Positions 18,480-26,189 of a stretch of DNA of 39,700 bases are shown in pieces. Under the pieces are notes generated by a model. That model ran no database searches. It saw only the letters and a list, made by a program, of their open reading frames with translations, and was not told the origin of the DNA. The stretch comes from Leptospirales bacterium. Its GTDB lineage: Bacteria > Spirochaetota > Leptospiria > Turneriellales > JAOUFE01. Position numbers and translations under genes: made by a program. The stretch lies in contig JBEQLE010000039.1 of the NCBI GenBank assembly GCA_040326155.1, positions 1 to 39,700 on the forward strand, read 5' to 3'. The first letter of the stretch is position 1, and the number at the start of each line of letters is the position of its first letter.

Positions 18480-20399
18480 ATGATTGCGGGATTCTTTTGT
18501 ACAACATATTGTCTGGTTATTCTACTTTTGCAAGGGGAAGATCCGTTTCCCGGTTTTACCTTTGTTTTGCCGATTTTGTTTGCCTCGGGATGGTGGTACG
18601 CCTTTCGAGTTTTCCAGTTTCAAAAAACCTTTATTCTAATAAATATTTTCACGGGGGCTACGGCGGGTATTATTTACGCCCTTTATATTTTTACCACGTA
18701 TTACGCCCCCCTCGAAACCGGAATAAAATACCAAGGCAGCATTATTCAAACCTCTGCAAAATCATTTGTAGTCGAGGGTAGTATAAAAAATAAAATATTT
18801 CGAGCCCGTTTACGACACAAGGTAGAACCAGGTCAAAAATTATTCAAAGGGCAAAAACTTATATTCACATGTAACACGTGGGCAAATTTCAAAAGCGCAT
18901 CCACGTTTCAAAACCTCGAGTCTTTGCAGGGTGTCTACGGGTTTTGTAGCGACTCCCAGGTGAAATTTCTGCCTGTTCCAGAAACCACATTTCATAGATG
19001 GCGTGTTAACATTCGTACTTTTATTCAAACGCGTCTGGCCAACCTGGACGAATATACCTATGCCCCCGGTTTTATTCTGGCCGACACCAGCGGACTTCAC
19101 CCGCGAGAACTCTACTTGTTGCGTAGAATGGGTGTTGCCCATCTTTTTTCGGCTTCGGGTCTACACCTGGGTCTACTGTTTGGTTTCTTTCTGTTTTTGT
19201 TTCGCTACAAACCAGTCGCAAGCGCTGGAATACTCATCGGCTTTTTAGCCTGCGCCGGGTATGTCGCCCTGCTCGACTTTCGACTCTCTTTGTTGCGGGC
19301 ATTTTTGTTTTTATCTTTGTATTTACTGACAAAAATTCTCGACCGAAAAGTACACTCCATTACCCTGCTTTTTCTTACGGGCGCGGCACTTGAAATAATG
19401 GTTCCTTTGTCGAGTTTCTCTCCTTCTTTTATATTATCCTTTTCTGTAACTTTTTCGATACTCTATTTTTACCCGAAACTGAAAAAAATAATTATGCTGA
19501 AAAATGAGTATTTAAGAGACCACACCAGTGTAAGTCTTTCGGCAACCATTGCATCGGCGTTTGCGGGAAGCTGGCTGTTCTCTTATTTTAACGTGCTGTC
19601 AGTTTTATACAATTTATATCTGGTTCCTTTTGCTGCAGTATACCTTATATCAGTAAAACTCTACATCATTTTTCCTGAACTAAAATTCTTAATTGATGCG
19701 GGCGATTCGATTATTCGCTGGAGCGTTAAATTTCATTCCTGGATGTGGGAATCGAATTTTCCTCAAATAAATTCTGAGACGGTTTATATCTGGCTTGCCA
19801 TTGTTCTGGTGTTCCTTACCATTGCCGTAATTTTATTCATAAAGAATGAAACCTGGAAGGTCTACCGACGCTTTACACTGGTTGGTTTATTTCTGTTCTC
19901 GTCATTTTTTCTTTCGGTAAACTGGAGATCCTATCCTCAACAGGCTATATACCCATTTGTAACCGGGGTCATAGTCTACGATCATAAAAACATTTATATC
20001 GGGGGCAAACCAGCCACATTCTCCATTGAAAAAATCGACAGAACACTTGGTAATTTTTCCTATCCGTACAATAGTATCTACAGTGAAAAACCGTTTGCAA
20101 AAGTCCTTTCAGAAAGTTTGTTACTGCCCGGCGAACAACCGGAATTCTTAAAGATGCCTCAAAAAGCCGGCGTATTTATGTACGAAAATTATTGTGTGGT
20201 TTTTTTATCGAACGCCTCGCCCGAGTACTGGAGCAGACATACTTTTAAAAGTTGCAACCATCTACGCATCGTTGTCTCCAAAAAATTCAACGACACAAAT
20301 GAAAACCGCACCGAGTGGACTGACTTTTTTTCCATGTTCGGCGAGTTTGAAAGTGTGAAATACATCGGGTATTTTCGATGGTACATTGAAGAAGGTTAA
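18480..20399 (+). CDS. comEC: ComEC/Rec2 competence family membrane protein
   Basis: GVAHLFSASGLHLG, SLLRA, SFILSF; no HxHxDH beta-lactamase motif in the C-terminus. Confidence 0.85.
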   Translation: MIAGFFCTTYCLVILLLQGEDPFPGFTFVLPILFASGWWYAFRVFQFQKTFILINIFTGATAGIIYALYIFTTYYAPLETGIKYQGSIIQTSAKSFVVEGSIKNKIFRARLRHKVEPGQKLFKGQKLIFTCNTWANFKSASTFQNLESLQGVYGFCSDSQVKFLPVPETTFHRWRVNIRTFIQTRLANLDEYTYAPGFILADTSGLHPRELYLLRRMGVAHLFSASGLHLGLLFGFFLFLFRYKPVASAGILIGFLACAGYVALLDFRLSLLRAFLFLSLYLLTKILDRKVHSITLLFLTGAALEIMVPLSSFSPSFILSFSVTFSILYFYPKLKKIIMLKNEYLRDHTSVSLSATIASAFAGSWLFSYFNVLSVLYNLYLVPFAAVYLISVKLYIIFPELKFLIDAGDSIIRWSVKFHSWMWESNFPQINSETVYIWLAIVLVFLTIAVILFIKNETWKVYRRFTLVGLFLFSSFFLSVNWRSYPQQAIYPFVTGVIVYDHKNIYIGGKPATFSIEKIDRTLGNFSYPYNSIYSEKPFAKVLSESLLLPGEQPEFLKMPQKAGVFMYENYCVVFLSNASPEYWSRHTFKSCNHLRIVVSKKFNDTNENRTEWTDFFSMFGEFESVKYIGYFRWYIEEG

Positions 20400-20547
20400 A
20401 AAAATAAAATTATGACAGACGAACCCGCCAAAGACTTCGAAGCGTAAAGGGACAACCTGTCGCCAAAAAAAGATAAAGTTTGCCAAGTAAATGAATTAAT
20501 GATTGCCGTGTAGTCATTAATATGTTAAATTATTACAAGGAGAGATC

Positions 20548-20838
20548 ATGATACGATCATTTAAAGACACCTTTACTGAAGACCTGTTTCATGGAATAGA
20601 TACTGCAAAAACCAGAAAGGTTCCGAGAAATATAAAGAGTGTTGCCGTAAGGAAAATGGACCAACTAGACGCCGCCATAGATATAAGCGATATGAAAGCT
20701 CCACCGGGAAATCGACTAGAAAAGCTAAAAGGAGATTTTAAGGAGTATTACAGTATTCGCATAAATGACCAATACCGGATAATATTTCAATGGAACAACA
20801 GCCAGGCGTCTAATGTATCAGTGACAGATTACCATTAA
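20548..20838 (+). CDS. higB: HigB toxin
   Basis: MIRSFKD..PPGNRLEKLKGD..YSIRINDQYRIIF..DYH. Confidence 0.93.
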   Translation: MIRSFKDTFTEDLFHGIDTAKTRKVPRNIKSVAVRKMDQLDAAIDISDMKAPPGNRLEKLKGDFKEYYSIRINDQYRIIFQWNNSQASNVSVTDYH

Positions 20839-20849
20839 GGAGGCATAAA

Positions 20850-21137
20850 ATGATACCAAAAAACAGAATACCAACCCACCCTGGAGAGATCTTGCTAAAA
20901 GACTTTTTAGAACCAATGAAAATTACACAAGTAAAACTGGCAAAGCACTTGAAAGTGTCGGTACAAAGAATAAATGAAATTGTTCGCGGAAAAAGAGGAA
21001 TTACCCCGGAAACAGCCTGGCTGTTTTCTAAAGCCTTTAATAATTCACCCGAATTCTGGATCAACCTACAGACAAACTACGATTTAGTAAACAGCAAACC
21101 AAACATTACTATAAAACCTCTGTTTGCGACAGGTTGA
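20850..21137 (+). CDS. higA: HigA antitoxin (HTH)
   Basis: PTHPGEIL..FLEP..RINEIVRGKRGITPETA..EFWINLQ..YDL. Confidence 0.95.
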   Translation: MIPKNRIPTHPGEILLKDFLEPMKITQVKLAKHLKVSVQRINEIVRGKRGITPETAWLFSKAFNNSPEFWINLQTNYDLVNSKPNITIKPLFATG

Positions 21138-21192
21138 ACAAAATGAAATCGGGGGGTAGCAGAGGCTCTTTTGGTTTTGCCAAAAAGCCGAT

Positions 21193-21268
21193 GCGAGGGG
21201 GCCGTGCTATTTACACAAAAAAACCGGAGGATTTTTTGTGTGCAACAAGATAGTCGCTTTGCCCCCTT
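21193..21268. repeat. Nested-hairpin element related to 4889-5041; may also terminate the convergent genes
   Basis: GCGAGGGGGCC..TATTTAC..TCG.TTTGCCCCCTT matches the reverse complement of 4889-4937; inner CAAAAAAACCGGAGGATTTTTTG matches 5017-5038. Confidence 0.7.
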
Positions 21269-21283
21269 CCAAAACAACAAACT

Positions 21284-21490
21284 TTATTTTACGTCGTCTT
21301 TATCTTCGTCTTCATCGCCACCGCAAAATTCCCGAATGGGAACTATGGCTTTGACCTCGACCGAGGAAGAAAGTTTTTCGTTCGTGTCCATTAAAGTAAC
21401 AGAATCAAGTGTACTGGCCTGAGCGTTTAATGTACCGAAAAAGAGAAAAGAAACCAAAAAAACAAAAGTTGCAAAAAGTATATTTTTCAT
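21284..21490 (-). CDS. Small exported hypothetical protein with acidic tail
   Basis: Signal peptide ending NAQA; SD GAGG upstream. Confidence 0.6.
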   Translation of the reverse strand: MKNILFATFVFLVSFLFFGTLNAQASTLDSVTLMDTNEKLSSSVEVKAIVPIREFCGGDEDEDKDDVK

Positions 21491-21566
21491 GTTTACCTCT
21501 TTGGAATATCGTTGTGCATTATTCCATTAGATTAATGTAATTCCGTAATACAAAAACGTCCAGAAA

Positions 21567-22721
21567 TTATTCATCGCGGTTGTCTGTATCTTTCCACCAA
21601 TGCTCCGTCGGCAGCGTCGAACTAAACGCGAAGGGAGCGCCGGCAATCGGGGTAGCGACTAAAACTTTTTTACCGGCAGCCTCTTTAACCAGGCGCTCAA
21701 TGGGTTCTGTCCAACTGTGCAAAGAAAGATTAAAAGTACCCCAATGAATTGGTAGCATAAGTTTTCCACGAAGGTCCATATGGGCGCGTATTGCTTGTTC
21801 GGGGTTCATGTGCAGATCGGGCCAGAAGCGACTATACTGGGCCATCTCTAAAATCGTCACATCGAAGGGGCCGTACTCTTTACCGATTTCGGCCAAACTC
21901 GCAGAGTAACCGGAGTCACCGCTGAAGAACACCTTCCGTTTTTTCGACCCCACCTTGCCTTCTATAACCCACGAAGCCCAGAGTGTTTTATCGCGATCAA
22001 AAAAACCACGACCGGAAAAATGTTGGGAGGGCGTAGCTCTAATTTTTAGTGCAGGTGAAATCTTCGCATCTTCATACCAATCCAGTTCGACAATTTTTGC
22101 AGGGTCTACGCCCCACTTTTCAAGGTAGGCCGCAACGCCGAGCGGGACTGCAAACTTCTTGACCTTTTTATGAATGGCCTTTATCGTTTTATAGTCTAAG
22201 TGGTCATAGTGATTATGAGAAATAATAACAAGATCGACTTCAGGCATATCGTTGCTCTCTAGTGGTAACATCGAATGAAACCGTTTTAAAGTAAATGGAG
22301 ATACAGGGCCGGGATTAAGATTAAACACAGGGTCGGTCAACACAATCAACTCACCAAATTCAATGAGTACAGACGAGTGGCCAAGCCATGTGAGCTTTAC
22401 ATCATTTTTGCTACTGTTTCCAATAGAAGCAGGGTCAAGTTTAACAACCGGTAGAGACTCGCTTGGAGTGCGAAGTTGTTTTCCGAACACGTACTCTTTG
22501 AACATCTCGATAAAAGACCCTTCCAACATCATTGCAGTCGGGACCTTATTTTGAAATTTACTGTTTTTATAGTTTGGCGATTGCATAATCCGTTGCATCC
22601 GGTTTCCTTTTAATGTAATCGAGTTTTGCGATAACCAGACGGAGCCTATAATCACTAAATAAAGCAGTAGAATTGCAACAACTATATAAAAAATCCTTTT
22701 TTTCATAACCATCTCATGCAA
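21567..22721 (-). CDS. MBL-fold metallo-hydrolase (RomA/NAPE-PLD-like)
   Basis: TWLGHSS, LTDPVF, ISHNHYDHLD, FFSGDSGY, PIHWGTF; the true start may be a few codons downstream. Confidence 0.92.
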   Translation of the reverse strand: MHEMVMKKRIFYIVVAILLLYLVIIGSVWLSQNSITLKGNRMQRIMQSPNYKNSKFQNKVPTAMMLEGSFIEMFKEYVFGKQLRTPSESLPVVKLDPASIGNSSKNDVKLTWLGHSSVLIEFGELIVLTDPVFNLNPGPVSPFTLKRFHSMLPLESNDMPEVDLVIISHNHYDHLDYKTIKAIHKKVKKFAVPLGVAAYLEKWGVDPAKIVELDWYEDAKISPALKIRATPSQHFSGRGFFDRDKTLWASWVIEGKVGSKKRKVFFSGDSGYSASLAEIGKEYGPFDVTILEMAQYSRFWPDLHMNPEQAIRAHMDLRGKLMLPIHWGTFNLSLHSWTEPIERLVKEAAGKKVLVATPIAGAPFAFSSTLPTEHWWKDTDNRDE

Positions 22722-22761
22722 TTAAGAATTACTAATTACGAATTATCAATTATCAATATTG
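22720..22761. repeat. Tandem heptamers AATTANN
   Basis: AATTAAG AATTACT AATTACG AATTATC AATTATC AATATTG. Confidence 0.7.
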
Positions 22762-22804
22762 CAAGGTCATTTAGTTCATTGAATATTATTTACCAGAAAT
22801 TCGT

Positions 22805-23058
22805 TTATGTATCAGGTCGGACAACAATTTTGTACTTCACTTAGTGCCAGTTATTCTTTGGTAAACATCCGCCCAAGGGGAACCTAATTCTGGATTCTGA
22901 TGAAAAGCCTCAAGTCTTTCATCAATGATTTTTTTCTCTTGTTCAGATAATTCAACATTTTCGGTTTTGTCTGATATCGTATCCCAAATATCTTATACCA
23001 ATTGAATTCTTTCTGGTATTGATAACTCAAGAGTATCTGTGGCTGTAATTCTTTTCAT
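22805..23058 (-). pseudogene. Inactivated addiction-module antitoxin plus 11-codon stump of a ParE-like toxin
   Basis: MKRITATDTLELSIPERIQLV*DIWDTI..ERL..GSPWADV..* with internal TAA at 22993-22995; overlapping GTG gives MKYKIVVRPDT*. Confidence 0.85.
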
Positions 23059-23171
23059 TATAAATTCTTAATATAACTATGCATATGTTTATTCAACATG
23101 TCAATAATTTATCGATATGAATGAAATTATGGACTGGGAATTTAGGGATATATCAAGCTTTTTTCGGAGTC

Positions 23172-23307
23172 ACGTTTCGCTTTTATCTGACGTTTTGGGG
23201 CTACTTGAGTCAGCCATGCGAGCACCAAACGAACCTCAAGTTTCGTGCGAGTCCGAGCGGACTAGTCGGAAAGTGATAAAGTTTGGTTGAGCTATTTGCG
23301 AAACCCG
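23172..23307 (-). repeat. 3' part of an attC-like repeat split by the IS110 element
   Basis: Reverse complement aligns with 25892-26025 (GGT.TCGCAAATA.CTC.ACCA and TTGGTGCTCGCA.GGCTGACT..AGCCCCAAAACGTCAGATAAAA). Confidence 0.85.
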
Positions 23308-23319
23308 TCTATGATGACG

Positions 23320-24435
23320 TCAAGCAGCTTTCAATTTTTCCACCAGTAGTTCCTGCCTTTTTAAGAATGATATGTATCGTTTCATTTTAAATTGGTGGTT
23401 TTTCTCGTCTACAAAATAATGATACTGTTTTTTCTTTAGCATCTGATAAATTTCTGTAAATACCTTTCGGCAGATAGCCATACGTAGTTTTCCCTTTCCT
23501 TTTGTGCCATCTTTCTTTGCGGACCAGGCTTTTAGTTTGGGGTTACTGGTTTTAAAGTGGGTTAATGCCTGGGTTAAAAAAGTCACCGCTAGTTTCCTGG
23601 ATTGCTTATTTGTCGATAAAATTCTTGTTGTCTCGTTAGAGCTATCAACTCCCGGTGCGCTTCTTAAATACGAACAAAGTTTTTTTGAATTCGGGAACCT
23701 GGAAATATCTCCTATGTCTGCGATCACGGCAAGGGCCGTGAATACACTGATTCCACGCATACTCGTTAGGATATCAACTTCTTCAATAAAGTTCGCCCCG
23801 AGTTTTTGAATCGCATCCTTACTCGCTTTAATTTGCTCCGACAAACTCAGGTAGGCTGCCAATAAAATATCTACTTGCAAATTAGCAGACTCAGAAAGTT
23901 TGATTCCTTTCAACCTCTTGATGCAAGGTTTGCTTAAACTGAGAGTTGCACTGAGTGTTTTGAGGTTTTGCCTGTAGAGAGAGCGGATGCGGTTTTTAAG
24001 GGAACCGCTTTGCTTTTTCAGAACTTTGTAAGTGGTAAAGAGTGAGCGCAAATCTCGTACGTTTTGGTCGGGAATGTAAACAGGATCGAAAAGGCTTTCA
24101 CCAGAAGTCACTTGCATTTTTAATATCACTGCAAGCTTTTCTGCATCGACTTTATCAGTTTTCTTTTTCACCATACTTATGAGTTTTAATTTATACGGAT
24201 TAGCCACGTATATTTCACAAACGTATGGTCGCACAATATCGCAAAAAGAAAACGTATTGGTAGATGCCTCAACCATCACATACGTGTTTTTGTCCAGGCA
24301 TTCAGCAAACTTCAAAACATCTTGCGGGTTATTCAGTGAAAATTTTTCTCTGTATTTTATTCCATCCGGACTTATCTTGCAAATGTTAAAAGCGTTGCTG
24401 TGTAAATCTACTCCAATGAATTGTAAATTTTCCAT
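23320..24435 (-). CDS. IS110 family transposase/recombinase
   Basis: DEDD RuvC-like N-terminus (IGVDLH, VEAS, KTDKVDA) and Transposase_20 domain (LTSMRGIS..IGDISRF..APGVDSS); SD AAGGAG. Confidence 0.95.
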   Translation of the reverse strand: MENLQFIGVDLHSNAFNICKISPDGIKYREKFSLNNPQDVLKFAECLDKNTYVMVEASTNTFSFCDIVRPYVCEIYVANPYKLKLISMVKKKTDKVDAEKLAVILKMQVTSGESLFDPVYIPDQNVRDLRSLFTTYKVLKKQSGSLKNRIRSLYRQNLKTLSATLSLSKPCIKRLKGIKLSESANLQVDILLAAYLSLSEQIKASKDAIQKLGANFIEEVDILTSMRGISVFTALAVIADIGDISRFPNSKKLCSYLRSAPGVDSSNETTRILSTNKQSRKLAVTFLTQALTHFKTSNPKLKAWSAKKDGTKGKGKLRMAICRKVFTEIYQMLKKKQYHYFVDEKNHQFKMKRYISFLKRQELLVEKLKAA

Positions 24436-24475
24436 TTTGATTCTCCTTTACGGGAACAGGTTAATGAGTCTATTT

Positions 24476-24625
24476 ACCAAACGTCTATTCGGGGAATCAG
24501 GTGCAGGTTATAAAACTTGCACCTCCCCATTATTCCAATTCGGTTAATGGCCGCCAATCGAAGGCACGGGCTCACGAGGTCCCAGGGTTTCGCACGGCCA
24601 TTACATGGATATTACCCATACAAAA
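24476..24625 (-). ncRNA. Predicted IS110 bridge RNA (5' hairpin, target-binding loop, donor-binding loop)
   Basis: 9-bp stem 24545-24553/24595-24603 encloses guides matching both target flanks; a second stem-loop (24476-24544) carries a 7-nt match to the donor junction. Ends are approximate. Confidence 0.8.
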
Positions 24626-24696
24626 TTAACCATTCACCGTTTTATAATATTCTCTTTTAAAAATACAAAGGAATACTACTATGGTCATCATAGAAT

Positions 24697-24744
24697 CGAA
24701 GGCCCGTCCAGGGCGCGAGTAGATAAAATTTATTAGCTGAAATT
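24697..24744 (-). repeat. 5' part of the split attC-like repeat
   Basis: Reverse complement AATTTCAGCTAATAAATTTTATCTACTCGCGCCCTGGACGGGCCTTC aligns with AACTTCAGCTAACAAATTTTATCTGTTCGCGCCCTGTTCGGGCACTC at 25845. Confidence 0.85.
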
Positions 24745-24788
24745 GATAGGTTTTAATTCCTTCTATCGTATATAGATTTTTGTTTAAA

Positions 24789-25760
24789 CTATTCTTCCAA
24801 ATCCTCCGAGTCAATATGTTCGAAAAAGTATTTTCCTTCTATTGACTTATGACAAATTATCTGATTGTCTATCTGGAATGTTATATTGAGAGTATTATAT
24901 CTTTCGAATATTTCCAATGCACGTTCAGCCAATTCCAAAGAATCCTTTTGTAGTCGAATTTGTGTATCACCTTCTAATGCTTCTCTCTCAGCTTTGATTT
25001 TAGCCCTTTTTTCCTTTAAAAGCTCAGTTTCTTCAATCTTATGCTTTGTTTCTTCCTGCTTATATTCGTTTTCTAATTTTTTCGCTTTCCAATTAAGAGG
25101 GAAATAGATTATACTTTCTAACAGTTTCACGATTCCTTCTGCACTCAATGAAATAAATTGATCAAGAGAACCTTTACCAGTATCTACTAGATCTATTTTT
25201 TCTACCTTTGTTATGGCTTTCACTAATCGAAAAAATTCTACAGAAAACTCTAATGCCTTTAAATAATCATCTTTTTCATAACTAATTTTAATACCTAAAA
25301 TTTGGTTTGTTCGAGCATAACCATAAATTGGTTTTTGAATTATATTATGTGTTAAGGAATCGACAGAATTAATTAACTTCCCTCTAAAATCTAATCCCCC
25401 ATTTTCATTATAGTTTACGTAGTGAACCCAAGGAAATTCTCGAAAAGTATTTTCATCATCCTTTTCAATAGCGATAATTGCCTTATTTTGTCCAATGCCT
25501 AGACCCGCTTCAAAAGCTATACTAGGGATATTATTATTTAATACTATAATAATTAAATTACAATCCCTAATACTTCTTATTATTTGATCACTGATTATAT
25601 CTCCGAATTTCTCTTTTTCTATTTCTCCAGTTATAATTACTCCATTATCAACTAAAATAGGTTTTACTATATTATCAACGAACTCTATGTCTTCGCGGGA
25701 ATAGGTTATGTGACACTTTAACGTGAACTTTATTTGAAACTTCTCTAATGTTGCGATCAT
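24789..25760 (-). CDS. TIR-like/nucleoside 2-deoxyribosyltransferase-like domain fused to a coiled-coil C-terminus; candidate defence protein
   Basis: CHITYSRED..ISDQIIRSIRDCNLIIIVL..PSIAFEAGLGIGQNKAIIAI; C-terminus rich in E/K heptads; very AT-rich gene. Confidence 0.7.
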   Translation of the reverse strand: MIATLEKFQIKFTLKCHITYSREDIEFVDNIVKPILVDNGVIITGEIEKEKFGDIISDQIIRSIRDCNLIIIVLNNNIPSIAFEAGLGIGQNKAIIAIEKDDENTFREFPWVHYVNYNENGGLDFRGKLINSVDSLTHNIIQKPIYGYARTNQILGIKISYEKDDYLKALEFSVEFFRLVKAITKVEKIDLVDTGKGSLDQFISLSAEGIVKLLESIIYFPLNWKAKKLENEYKQEETKHKIEETELLKEKRAKIKAEREALEGDTQIRLQKDSLELAERALEIFERYNTLNITFQIDNQIICHKSIEGKYFFEHIDSEDLEE

Positions 25761-25847
25761 GGTTTATTTATGCACGTAATGGACACCTTGTCAATATTTT
25801 ATTATTAGAATCATCACTATTGTTTCGGTTGATTATTCTGTATCAAC

Positions 25848-26037
25848 TTCAGCTAACAAATTTTATCTGTTCGCGCCCTGTTCGGGCACTCAGGTCTCGC
25901 AAATAACTCGACCACATTTTGGGGCTTCCTCCGTTTAACCGCCCTGATACCACAAATTATGGAGGTTAATTGGTGCTCGCAGGGCTGACTACGAAAGCCC
26001 CAAAACGTCAGATAAAATTGAAGCGTTGTGTACTGAA
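25848..26037 (+). repeat. Intact attC-like long palindromic repeat (~190 bp)
   Basis: GCTAAC..AATTTTATCTG (25859-69) pairs with CAGATAAAATT (26009-19)..GTTGTGT; inner TTTTGGGGCTT/AAGCCCCAAAA; outer TTCAG/CTGAA. Confidence 0.75.
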
Positions 26038-26189
26038 AACACTACCAACCTCAAACATAAATTTGGCATGGACGCCAAATTTATTATAAACAATTATTAA
26101 GTAGTAAGACATCATCTTTTACACATTTGAATCAGGTGTCTACCCATTATGTTACTTGGTGGTACTGCTACATTCTCATGCTCCTTGCA

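Larger units (their letters stand above)
23308..24698 (-). mobile_element. Complete IS110-family element with CG core and 11-bp sub-terminal inverted repeats
   Basis: IR TCTATGATGAC (23308-23318) / GTCATCATAGA (24684-24694); CG at both junctions (23306-7, 24697-8). Removing the element restores a repeat collinear with 25845-26030. Confidence 0.9.

Noticed and set aside
24626..24814. 62-aa ORF spanning the IS end
   Set aside because: Crosses the TIR-like gene stop, the repeat and the IS junction; a chance chimeric frame.
23181..26017. Composite transposon bounded by ~48-bp inverted repeats
   Set aside because: The IRs are the 3' parts of two oppositely oriented copies of the longer attC-like repeat; the IS has its own ends at 23308 and 24698.
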